A DNA stretch of 64,000 bases. It comes from Oscillospiraceae bacterium. GTDB lineage: Bacteria; Bacillota; Clostridia; Oscillospirales; Acutalibacteraceae. How positions within the stretch are numbered: position 1 is the first letter of the stretch; each line of letters starts with the position of its first letter. Where the stretch lies: positions 190 to 64,189 of the forward strand of contig SVOG01000014.1 of the NCBI GenBank assembly GCA_015066525.1. The letters run 5' to 3'. A model generated the notes under the pieces. That model ran no database searches and was not told where the DNA came from. It saw only the letters and a list, made by a program, of their open reading frames with translations. The position numbers were made by a program, and so were the translations under genes. Positions 32,388 through 40,875 of the stretch are shown here, piece after piece.

Positions 32388-32993
32388 TTAATGATGTTCT
32401 TTTCCTTTTAATATCGGTCTGAGCGGTTTATAAATCAGCATGGAAATCACGACGCACAAAAGTCCTTTGATAAAGGTGAACGGCAGATTGAATACGAGCA
32501 GCGACTGCTCGATGCTCTTCATCGCCGGCACGATGGTCTGGTATGCCTGGAGCACGACCTCCTTGGGCATAAAGTTATAATAAAACGGATAGACGATGTA
32601 GAGATTCGACGGGAAGCTGACGAGCGCCATTACGACCGCACCGACTACGCCGCCGACGAGCGCGCCTTTCATCGTGCGGTGCTTTTGGTAAATCAGTCCC
32701 GCCACGCCCGAGAACACGGCGCCGAGGATGAAATTTGACAGCTCTCCGATGTAGCCGCTCTGGCTGACTGCGAGGTGAATGAGATTTTTAATCAGCGCGA
32801 TGACGACGCCTGCGAGCGGACCGTAGGCAAAGGCGCCGATGAGTTCCGGCAAATCCGAGAAATCGAGCTTAATAAAACTCGGGATGAACGGAATCGGTAC
32901 CTCGAGAAACTGCAGTACGACCGCTGCCGCCGTGAGCATACCGCAGCCTGCGATGAGGCGCGTGCTGATGCGTTTGGTGTTGGTGTTTTTCAT
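32388..32993 (-). CDS. ribU: ECF transporter S component, riboflavin (RibU)
   Basis: FIKLDFSDLP, GELSNF, PFTFIKG; preceded by FMN riboswitch. Confidence 0.9.
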   Translation of the reverse strand: MKNTNTKRISTRLIAGCGMLTAAAVVLQFLEVPIPFIPSFIKLDFSDLPELIGAFAYGPLAGVVIALIKNLIHLAVSQSGYIGELSNFILGAVFSGVAGLIYQKHRTMKGALVGGVVGAVVMALVSFPSNLYIVYPFYYNFMPKEVVLQAYQTIVPAMKSIEQSLLVFNLPFTFIKGLLCVVISMLIYKPLRPILKGKEHH

Positions 32994-33026
32994 AATCTTT
33001 CCTCCTTCTGCAAATATTTGTTTTGC

Positions 33027-33058
33027 CAAAAGAGAACGCCCCCGCATACACGGGGGCG
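33027..33058 (-). terminator. Riboswitch expression-platform terminator
   Basis: CGCCCCCG-TGTATG-CGGGGGCG followed by TTCTCTTTT on minus strand. Confidence 0.75.
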
Positions 33059-33077
33059 ATATTGCACTGATACAATA

Positions 33078-33266
33078 TGATTTCTCTCATCCGGACTATA
33101 ACCGTCGGTTACGGAATTGCACCGTATCAGTCCTTGCGCGTATACAGCAAGGAGTCGCGGACTGTAAGCAAACGGAGCGTCGAGGGCGCCGCTCCCTACA
33201 ATAAGGATGACGCTTGCGCTTATCGTATGCACCGCCGGTGAGGAATTGCACCTCGCCCCGAAATAT
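33078..33266 (-). ncRNA. FMN riboswitch (RFN element)
   Basis: Minus strand TTCGGGGCGAGGTGCAATTCCTCACCGGCGGT..AGTCCGCGA..CGGTGCAATTCCGTAACCGACGGTTATAGTCCGGATGAGAGAA. Confidence 0.95.
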
Positions 33267-33516
33267 TTGCAATACTATTATATGATATTTCCCGCCGATG
33301 TCAAGCGAAAAACACCCCGTTTTTGTAAAATGTGAAATAGTCGGATGCCGAATTTATGACAAATGACGCTGTTTGTCAGTCAAAAAACGCAACTAATAGA
33401 CAGACAGCAGCAATACAGTCTAATAAAATCTTGAAAATTTGACAAGGCTGAAAAAATGTGGTATAAACGCAACCGTTACAAAACGGTAACAAAATTATGA
33501 CAAAGGAGTTAATATT

Positions 33517-34665
33517 ATCAGCAATTTTAAGATTAAAGTAGTTTCGGCAGTGCTTGTCGGCGTCTTCTGTTTCTCGGGAGCGGCTGTTGCGTTGGCTGAG
33601 GAACCTACCGATTCTTATGCACAAGCACCCTCCTCGTTTACCGAGAGCGTGCAGAGCGGATTTGATATTATTTCTTCCATCTACAGTGCGCAGGAGAAAA
33701 ATGGCAATCTTGTCAAAGTATCAAATGTCAAGGACAGCAGCGCCAAACTCAGTTGGCAGGGTAACGACCTTTGCAACAGTTATCGCGTATGCCGCTTCAA
33801 CATCATCAAAAATCAGTGGGAGCCCTGGCTCACCACGACCAAAACATCGCTGAAACTCAGGGAGTTAAACGCAAACACGCAGTATAAATTTTGCGTGATT
33901 AACGATGTGACGGGCGAACTCGTCGGCGTTGCACAGTTCACGACCCGTATTGTAAAACCGAAACTCACCGTCACCGAGCGTGACGGCGACGCGCTCAGAC
34001 TCGGCATCAAAAAGGTGCAAAAGGGAGCCAAGGTAGAACTTTACCGCAAGAAGGCGGGCAGCAAGAAGTATAAGAAGATTGCCACCCTCTCGTCAAAGAA
34101 GAAGAGTTATACCGACAAGGACCTCAAGAGCGCCACCACTTACTACTACAAGGCAAAGACCGTTGTTACTACCAAGAAAAACGGCAAGAAAATCGTGAAG
34201 AAGAGCGGCTATTCCAAGACGAAGAAAGCCACCACCCTTCTGAAGATGGGACTGCCCGCTGTCAGCGGCAAGACCAAGACCTATGCGATTTATACGGCGG
34301 TAACCGCCAGAAGTTCGCCGCAGTATAAACTGCTGCATTCCGACAAATGCTATACCGATGAAAAGACCGGTATCCGTATGGTGGACGGCTGCTACTGCGT
34401 AGCGCTCGGTTCCTACTACGGTACCAAAATCGGCACGAAGTACAAGATTACGTTCTCAAACGGTAATGCGATTGACGTCATCCTCTGCGACCAGAAGGCT
34501 GACCGCCATACCGACAGCAAGCATCAGTACGCCGTGAATAACAGCGACATCGTTGAGTTCTATGTCGAGCGTTCCAAGATGCCCGCGAAAATCAGAAACC
34601 GCGGTAACTACGGTATTCTTGAAGAATTCAGCGGCAGCGTCGTTTCGATTGAAAAGTATATATAA
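33517..34665 (+). CDS. Secreted fibronectin-III-domain protein with basic C-terminal domain (start uncertain: ATT 33514, ATC 33517 or GTG 33550)
   Basis: Signal peptide ending ALA-EE; two FN3-like repeats (LNANTQYKF, LKSATTYYYK). Confidence 0.75.
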   Translation: MSNFKIKVVSAVLVGVFCFSGAAVALAEEPTDSYAQAPSSFTESVQSGFDIISSIYSAQEKNGNLVKVSNVKDSSAKLSWQGNDLCNSYRVCRFNIIKNQWEPWLTTTKTSLKLRELNANTQYKFCVINDVTGELVGVAQFTTRIVKPKLTVTERDGDALRLGIKKVQKGAKVELYRKKAGSKKYKKIATLSSKKKSYTDKDLKSATTYYYKAKTVVTTKKNGKKIVKKSGYSKTKKATTLLKMGLPAVSGKTKTYAIYTAVTARSSPQYKLLHSDKCYTDEKTGIRMVDGCYCVALGSYYGTKIGTKYKITFSNGNAIDVILCDQKADRHTDSKHQYAVNNSDIVEFYVERSKMPAKIRNRGNYGILEEFSGSVVSIEKYI

Positions 34666-34669
34666 AAGA

Positions 34670-34702
34670 AAAAATGACTTGTTCGAAAGAACAAGTCATT
34701 TT
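34670..34702. terminator. Bidirectional terminator
   Basis: AAAATGACTTGTTC-GAAA-GAACAAGTCATTTT. Confidence 0.8.
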
Positions 34703-34711
34703 CTTTTATCA

Positions 34712-36001
34712 TTATTCGTCTGCGAGGGGGTTGGAGATACCGCCCGTGACCTCGCCCATTTCATGCTCGAGGTCAACCTCTTCCTTCTCGTTTACGGAGA
34801 CATATTTATCCTGATAATAGTTTTCCTGTGCCTGGTCGAATGTGCCGTCGGGGTGCGCCGTGATGACGGTGCAACCGCGCTGACGGCCGAATTTCGAAAT
34901 ACTGCTGCCGTAAGCGAGATAGTCTATCGAATAGCCGTAGGTGAGCTGAACGCCCTTGTAGTTGAGCGACATATTGTTGAGGTGGTCGTGACCGAAGAAA
35001 ACGCCCTGCGTGCCGTTTTCCTTAAACGCGTCGAAGATGCCGTAGTTGTAATTACTGCAGCAGATGAGTTCGCCGCCTTCGCCGATAATGCCGTATAGAT
35101 ACTTGACGTTTTCGGTGTCCTTGTAGCCCGCCTTTTTGTATTCTTCAAACGCGTCGCGCATTTCCTGCGGCGGGATGTGGAAGAAGGCAAGGGACTTCGG
35201 CTGAGCGCCCTTGTTTTCGCGGGTGAGCTGCTTTACGGTATCTTTGTACCACGCAACTTGGTTTTCGTGGATGCAGTCGTACTTCCACTTGATGCCGAAA
35301 TAGTCGCCGTCCGTGTAGGAGTGGGAGTCAAACATAAAGAGACTCTGCGTGATATCGCCCGCCGAGTTTTTTACATTGACGACATAGTTGCACGCGCCGT
35401 CGACGTCGTCGGGACCCTTTTGCAACAGGCAGTGCTTGAATTTCTCATGGTCCTGATACATCGCGGCAATCTCGTCGCGATTAAAGTAGGAGTATATCTC
35501 CGTGTCGTGGTTACCGAAGCACATACACCAGTAAACGCCGAGTTTCTCCATCATCGTGGCAAAGAGCTTTGCGCTCTCCTTGTTATTAAAAGTGCCTGCC
35601 TGATACGGTACGGGGTACGCCACGTCTCCCGTGACGACGACGAGGTCGGGTTTTTCGGCGGTAATCATTGCCGCTACGGCGTTGAGCGCCATCGTATCCT
35701 TACCCGTGCTCAGCCAGCCGCCGCCGATATGGACGTCGGTAATCTGCAGCACCTTGAAATCCCCGTCGGTGACGAAGTAGTAATTGCCGTTTTTATCCAC
35801 CTCGGGCTTGAGCTGATGCTCGTACGCAACGGGCTTCAGGCTGTTCATAATGAATTTGGAATTCGAGGAGTTACTGACCACGTTGGTGATCGCCATAATA
35901 CCCGCGAGGATACCGATGACGAGCGCGATGATAATGAGAATTTTAACCGCCAGCCTGGCTTTCTTCTTCCCCTTGGTTTCCATTTTTTGTTTCGTTGCCA
36001 T
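34712..36001 (-). CDS. Membrane-anchored calcineurin-like metallophosphoesterase
   Basis: DVH, TGD, GNHD, FFHIP, GHDH motifs; N-terminal TM. Confidence 0.9.
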   Translation of the reverse strand: MATKQKMETKGKKKARLAVKILIIIALVIGILAGIMAITNVVSNSSNSKFIMNSLKPVAYEHQLKPEVDKNGNYYFVTDGDFKVLQITDVHIGGGWLSTGKDTMALNAVAAMITAEKPDLVVVTGDVAYPVPYQAGTFNNKESAKLFATMMEKLGVYWCMCFGNHDTEIYSYFNRDEIAAMYQDHEKFKHCLLQKGPDDVDGACNYVVNVKNSAGDITQSLFMFDSHSYTDGDYFGIKWKYDCIHENQVAWYKDTVKQLTRENKGAQPKSLAFFHIPPQEMRDAFEEYKKAGYKDTENVKYLYGIIGEGGELICCSNYNYGIFDAFKENGTQGVFFGHDHLNNMSLNYKGVQLTYGYSIDYLAYGSSISKFGRQRGCTVITAHPDGTFDQAQENYYQDKYVSVNEKEEVDLEHEMGEVTGGISNPLADE

Positions 36002-36007
36002 GGTTTC

Positions 36008-36616
36008 TCACTCTCCGGAAATCAAAAATTTCGTTTCTTTCGTTACACATTTAATGGCTTCGGCGGTGATGACACCTCCGCATAGGAAGGCGAAATATGC
36101 GTCGAAAGCAAAGTTCACTTTTGTAACAAGCACCATCCCGATGAGGGTGAACGCCGTCACCAGACAGTCGAGAAAGCTGTCGAGCGCGAGCGCCGTGATA
36201 ATCGGCGAGGGCGCTTTTTTATTCAGATATACCATCAGCGCGCCGAGCGCCGCCTTGGCGAAAATGGCGGCGATGATAATCGCGTGGTATTTTCCGCCGT
36301 AGACGATACCCGAGGGGTACATCAGCCGGTCGAGACCGCGATAAACGAAAAACAGTCCCGTCAGCGCAATGACGATGCTGATGACGAAGGCAATCAGACT
36401 TTGCGTGCGCCTGGCGCGGATATCCTCGCCGAATTTTATCGCAAAGACAAAGCCGAGCATCGCTAGCACACACGACATCGTGTCGCCGAGATTATTGATG
36501 GCGTCGCAGTGAATCGTCAGCGAGAATGCTGCGTTGCCGACATAGAGTTTTACCAGAAAGAGTAAAAAATTGACGGCGATTCCGCTGATGCCTGCTATAT
36601 AATAATATTTTTTCAT
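36008..36616 (-). CDS. Cation diffusion facilitator transmembrane domain, no C-terminal domain
   Basis: N.LLFLVK, DAINNLGD (TM2), DSFLD (TM5); 202 aa ending after TM6. Confidence 0.78.
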   Translation of the reverse strand: MKKYYYIAGISGIAVNFLLFLVKLYVGNAAFSLTIHCDAINNLGDTMSCVLAMLGFVFAIKFGEDIRARRTQSLIAFVISIVIALTGLFFVYRGLDRLMYPSGIVYGGKYHAIIIAAIFAKAALGALMVYLNKKAPSPIITALALDSFLDCLVTAFTLIGMVLVTKVNFAFDAYFAFLCGGVITAEAIKCVTKETKFLISGE

Positions 36617-36705
36617 ATTTTAATTATAACATCAGATATACTCATTTGCAATATATTTGTATTCATATTTTGTATAGGGGAGCGCATACTAAAAACGGTG
36701 ATTTT

Positions 36706-37179
36706 ATGGACGCATTATACATTCTGTTGTTTGCACTTGTTATTATATTACAAATCGTAATAATCATCGGCTCACTCGGTCGAAAAAAGCCGGAGATACT
36801 GATGCGCGAGGGCGTTTTCGCCACCGAAAATATGAAAAAGCGACGCGTGTCCGCCGCCGACATTATGGCAGCAGCGCGCAAGAAGGGGTATTTCAATATC
36901 GCCGATATTGATACGGCGGTGCTCGAGAGCGACGGTAGCATCAGCATTTTGCCCGCGGCGCAGAAGCGCCGCCTCGAGCCGAAGGATTTTAATTTCTCAC
37001 CCGTGCGCGAGGGGATGGGCTATCCCGTGTATCAAAACGGCGTGTTTCTCTTTGATAATCTGAAATCGGTCGGTTTTACCGAGCAGAAACTCGCGGAATT
37101 TCTGCGCGAGCGCGGCTATGAACTGCGGGACACCGAACTGATTGTTATTAACGAAAACGGCAGAGTCAGTGTCTTTTAA
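36706..37179 (+). CDS. DUF421/YetF-family membrane protein
   Basis: P.ILMREG..ENMKK, AVLESDGSISILP, NL..VG. Confidence 0.85.
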   Translation: MDALYILLFALVIILQIVIIIGSLGRKKPEILMREGVFATENMKKRRVSAADIMAAARKKGYFNIADIDTAVLESDGSISILPAAQKRRLEPKDFNFSPVREGMGYPVYQNGVFLFDNLKSVGFTEQKLAEFLRERGYELRDTELIVINENGRVSVF

Positions 37180-37291
37180 TGACGAATGTCAAATGACGCG
37201 TTACAGATGAACATTAGGTTTTGCCCACACCCGGTTTATTTGTTGGTTGGGACGCAGCCGCGTATCATCAATCCGCAATTACAACATCCAT

Positions 37292-37320
37292 TTGACAAAC
37301 CCGTCAAATTGATATATAAT
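37292..37320 (+). promoter_or_regulatory. Sigma-A promoter of ArsR operon
   Basis: TTGACA-N17-TATAAT. Confidence 0.85.
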
Positions 37321-37324
37321 GCAC

Positions 37325-37370
37325 TCGTTCATATCATTCATATGAATCATATGAACGACTATTACATATG
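37325..37370. promoter_or_regulatory. Probable ArsR/SmtB operator
   Basis: 34-bp near-perfect palindrome TCGTTCATATCATTCAT|ATGAATCATATGAACGA plus overlapping CATATGAA..TTACATATG. Confidence 0.7.
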
Positions 37371-37379
37371 AGGTGCATT

Positions 37380-37661
37380 ATGATAGACGAAGAAATCTAT
37401 GATATGGCGGAATTGTTTAAGATGTTTTCTGACCCGACCAGAATCAAAATTATGCTGACCCTCTTTGAGAGCGAACTGAATGTGACCCAGATTGTGGAAA
37501 AAATCGGTGCCACCCAGACGGCGGTGTCGCACCAGCTCAGAGCGCTGAAACAGAATCATCTCGTGAAATGCCGCCGCGACGGCAAGAAGATGATATATTC
37601 CCTTGCCGACGACCATGTTAAGACAATTATGAATATGGCGATTGAGCATATCGAGGAGTGA
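37380..37661 (+). CDS. ArsR/SmtB metal-sensing repressor (CzrA/CadC-like)
   Basis: AELFKMFSDPTRIKI, SHQLRAL, alpha5 site DDHV..EH..E. Confidence 0.92.
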   Translation: MIDEEIYDMAELFKMFSDPTRIKIMLTLFESELNVTQIVEKIGATQTAVSHQLRALKQNHLVKCRRDGKKMIYSLADDHVKTIMNMAIEHIEE

Positions 37662-37666
37662 TACAT

Positions 37667-38629
37667 ATGGCACACGAACATACCCACGAACACGAACATA
37701 CCCACGACCACTCCCATAACCACGAGAATTTCGACGCAATAAAGCAACAGGAACGCGCAAAGATTATCATCGCCGCCGTCTTTTTTGCCATCGGTTATGT
37801 GGCGGAGGAGTTTTTGGCGCTGCCCGAATTTGTGCATCTTGTCTGCTTTGCCGTGTCGTATATTACCGTCGGCTTCGGTGTGGTACGCAACGCGGTGGAG
37901 GACATCCTCGGCGGCAATATATTTAACGAATGTTTTATGATTAGTATTGCGTCGCTCGGCGCGTTTGTGATTCAGGAATTCGGCGAGGGCTGCGCGGTGA
38001 TGCTGCTCTATGCCATCGGCGAATATATCCACGGACTTGCCCTGTCGAAGAGTAAGAAGCAAATCCGTGAGATTGAGCATCTCGAGCATGGCACACATAT
38101 TCACGAAACGGGCGAGAGCGAGAGTTTCATCGCCTATTTCGCAAAGGTGTATACCCCGATTATCTGTGCGCTTTCGCTGCTTATCATTCTGATTCCGCCC
38201 GTATTTATGCACGCTGCGTGGCGCGAATGGATTTACCGCGGACTCTCGGTGCTTGTCATCGGCTGCCCCTGTGCGATTGTGATTTCCGTGCCGCTCTCTT
38301 TTTCGTGCGCGATTGACTCCTGCACGCGAAAGGGCATCATTATCTATCACTCGAATGCGCTCGAGAAACTGCATAAGACCGGAGAAGGCGAGGGCATCAT
38401 CGTGCCCGACGGCAACGCCTTTGGGCTTGCATTTGCAAAGAAGGCGGCGAAGAAAGCGATTATCATCGCGCGCGAGAACGTCTATATCGCCCTCGGCGTG
38501 AAGGCGGTTGTGCTGGTGCTCGCCGTGTTTATGGAAAAGGAGTTGCCGATGTGGCTTGCCGCATTTTCGGATGTCGGCATCGCGGGACTCGCGATTTTGA
38601 ATTCACTGAGGTCGCTGAGGATTAAATAA
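37667..38629 (+). CDS. Membrane-domain-only heavy-metal P1B-ATPase homologue with His-rich N-terminus
   Basis: CadA/ZntA-like TMs incl. YTP, CPC, ALGVK, FSDVG, LNSLR; no DKTGT, no GDGxND, only 320 aa. Confidence 0.82.
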   Translation: MAHEHTHEHEHTHDHSHNHENFDAIKQQERAKIIIAAVFFAIGYVAEEFLALPEFVHLVCFAVSYITVGFGVVRNAVEDILGGNIFNECFMISIASLGAFVIQEFGEGCAVMLLYAIGEYIHGLALSKSKKQIREIEHLEHGTHIHETGESESFIAYFAKVYTPIICALSLLIILIPPVFMHAAWREWIYRGLSVLVIGCPCAIVISVPLSFSCAIDSCTRKGIIIYHSNALEKLHKTGEGEGIIVPDGNAFGLAFAKKAAKKAIIIARENVYIALGVKAVVLVLAVFMEKELPMWLAAFSDVGIAGLAILNSLRSLRIK

Positions 38630-39351
38630 TGCAGAAACTTTTTATTGACTATACCCCGGAAAAACAAATCATTCTCGACGGTGAACAGGCGCGTCATGTG
38701 GCGAAATCCCTGCGGATGCGCGTCGGCGATATGCTGACGGTGACCGACGGTGCGGGCAATGATTTCGGCTGTCAGATTGACGCGATTACGAAGGACACGG
38801 TGACCCTCTCGGTCTGCTATCAGCGGGCGTGTGAGAGCGAGCCAGACTGCAGGGTGACCATCTACCAGGGCGTGCCCAAGGGCAGTAAGCTCGAGGATAT
38901 TATCCAGAAATGTACCGAGCTCGGCGTGAGCGCCATCGTCCCGACGCTCACAAAACGCTGCGTGAGTCGTCCCGACGGGAAGAGCGCTGCAAAAAAGACG
39001 GACCGCTACCGCAAAATTGCGCTCGAAGCGGCGCAGCAGAGCGGACGTGGTATCGTGCCCGAGATTGCCCCGCAGTGCAGTCTGAAGGAGGCGATTGCCG
39101 CTGATGACAGCGAGGTGAAAATTCTCTTTTACGAGGGAGGCGGCGAAAAAATCACCTCACTGATAAACAGCGACGTAAAGAGCGTCTCGGTCTATATCGG
39201 TCCCGAGGGCGGATTCGATGCCGACGAGGTAGCGCTTTTGCGTGAGAGCGGCGCCGTTGTTGCCACGCTCGGCAAGCGGATTCTCCGCACCCAGACCGCC
39301 CCCGTCGCAGCGCTTACCGCCATTATGCTGCTGACAAACAATCTTGAATAA
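38629..39351 (+). CDS. rsmE: 16S rRNA m3U1498 methyltransferase
   Basis: H..SLR, QKCTELG, EAAQQSGR, IGPEGG, LGKRILR. Confidence 0.95.
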   Translation: MQKLFIDYTPEKQIILDGEQARHVAKSLRMRVGDMLTVTDGAGNDFGCQIDAITKDTVTLSVCYQRACESEPDCRVTIYQGVPKGSKLEDIIQKCTELGVSAIVPTLTKRCVSRPDGKSAAKKTDRYRKIALEAAQQSGRGIVPEIAPQCSLKEAIAADDSEVKILFYEGGGEKITSLINSDVKSVSVYIGPEGGFDADEVALLRESGAVVATLGKRILRTQTAPVAALTAIMLLTNNLE

Positions 39352-39357
39352 AATGAA

Positions 39358-39392
39358 AAATAACCTGTGACGCCATGTGTCACAGGTTATTT
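39358..39392. terminator. Bidirectional terminator
   Basis: AAATAACCTGTGAC..GTCACAGGTTATTT. Confidence 0.75.
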
Positions 39393-40201
39393 CTTGCCCA
39401 GTGGAATAAATATTGCTGCGCGATTCCTTCGACCCCCTTAAAACACGGCGGTAGCCCCTCGGGGTAGTATTCCATTACGCGCTTCATCCACACATCCAAG
39501 GGAAACGCGCTGTAAAACTGAAATCCGAACAGCAACGCACAGTCGGCGACTTTGACGCCTACGCCGTAGATATTTAAGAGTTCGCCTCGCGCCTCTTCGA
39601 GCGGGAGGCTTTTTATTTTGTCCAAATCTATCCTGCCCGCGTCTACGTCTTTGGCGAATTTTGCAAGGTATTTCGCGCGGTAGCCGCAGCCGAGCGCCTC
39701 AAAATCCTCCGCGCTAAGCGCCGCGAGCTGCTCAGCTCGCGGAAAAGCGTACCACCCGTCGCATATTTCGTCGCCATATGTCTCGCAAAGCCGCGTGATA
39801 ATCCGTTTAATGCGGCTGACATTGTTATTTTGGCTGATGATGAAGGAGCAAAGCGCCTCCCACGGCTCCTGATTCAATATGCGGATGCCGTAGTACGCAT
39901 CAATGGTCGACGAGAGGAGCGGGTCCTCTTTGAGCGTTTGGCAGATTTTTTCATAATCTTTATCCAAATCGAAATAATTTCTGAAAAAGTTGTCAAAACT
40001 ATCCTTGGTCGTGTTTTTGAACACAAGGTCGCCGTTTCCCCTCTTGGCAATATTCAGAAAGTAGCCGCCGGCGACGCCGCTGAAGGAGCCGTCGTCCTGC
40101 TTCTCCCAGCGAAACGCCTGTCCGCAGTCGAGCGTGAGTGCGAGGTCGAGACACGCGACACCCTCGACGATGATGTCGTTTTTGTCAATTAAAATTTTCA
40201 C
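39380..40201 (-). CDS. 8-oxoguanine DNA glycosylase (Ogg1-like)
   Basis: TLDCGQAFRW, SQNNN, GYRA, HhH GVGVKVADC, P.DVW, AQQYLF. Confidence 0.92.
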   Translation of the reverse strand: MKILIDKNDIIVEGVACLDLALTLDCGQAFRWEKQDDGSFSGVAGGYFLNIAKRGNGDLVFKNTTKDSFDNFFRNYFDLDKDYEKICQTLKEDPLLSSTIDAYYGIRILNQEPWEALCSFIISQNNNVSRIKRIITRLCETYGDEICDGWYAFPRAEQLAALSAEDFEALGCGYRAKYLAKFAKDVDAGRIDLDKIKSLPLEEARGELLNIYGVGVKVADCALLFGFQFYSAFPLDVWMKRVMEYYPEGLPPCFKGVEGIAQQYLFHWARNNL

Positions 40202-40309
40202 GGTTATCCTCTTGTATCACTCTTTGTAATATCTGAATTATAACATTTTTTTGTCAAGAGGGAAAGTGAAAAACGGCAATTTGACCAAAAAATTACGCAA
40301 TCGCCGCTT

Positions 40310-40465
40310 TGTTCAAAACTATGTGTAAAATGTTCAAAACTGCGCATAATTTATGAACAAAACGGTTTTCAACAACGGAAAAAGGCGTATTTATAGCCTT
40401 TTTAGGCTATGTTTTGAACATTTTGCACCGAGTTTTCAACAATGGTTAATCCTCCCTGTTGATTA
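40310..40465. promoter_or_regulatory. Second DnaA-box cluster
   Basis: 9-mers at 40310, 40322, 40331, 40341, 40351, 40366, 40412, 40421, 40433, 40457 (TTTTGAACA, TTTTCAACA, TTATGAACA, TTTTACACA types). Confidence 0.72.
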
Positions 40466-40596
40466 CAATGCGTTATTGCCTGTGGTTGTCAAGTAAAAAT
40501 TTATGCTCAATTTTCACAAAAATCGACAAGGCAATTTTTGAATAATTTTTTACCGCTTGCAAACACTATTTGTATAATTTTGAAAGGTATGATGTT

Positions 40597-40872
40597 ATGA
40601 TTAAGGGCGTTAATAAACAGGTGCTCGAGGTGACGAATCCCGAGTCGCCGTATTTCGACAAAATTATCTTTTTTGTCAGTGCCGACGGCGCGGCGCAGAG
40701 CGAGGAAAAGATTAAAAATGAGGCGCAGTCCGTCGCCTCCCAACTCAGAAAACCGCCGAAATCCCGTCGCAGCAGGCGCGATAAAATACTCTCCATAGTC
40801 TTTGCCGTCTGCGGCATCGGGGCGGGTGCGGCGCTGATGCTCCTGCTCGGCACAATTGTTCAGGGGGTGTAG
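40597..40872 (+). CDS. Hypothetical protein with C-terminal TM
   Basis: MIKGVNKQVLEV..YFDKIIFFV ORF with RBS, directly upstream of sleB. Confidence 0.75.
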   Translation: MIKGVNKQVLEVTNPESPYFDKIIFFVSADGAAQSEEKIKNEAQSVASQLRKPPKSRRSRRDKILSIVFAVCGIGAGAALMLLLGTIVQGV

Positions 40873-40875
40873 AAT

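Noticed and set aside
36663-36691. Possible sigma-E promoter (TCATATTT-N14-CATACT) before the DUF421 gene
   Set aside because: Plausible but the consensus is too short and AT-rich to support without transcript data
37667-37725. Short tandem repeat CACGAACATACCCACGA
   Set aside because: Explained by coding for the His-rich HEHTH tail
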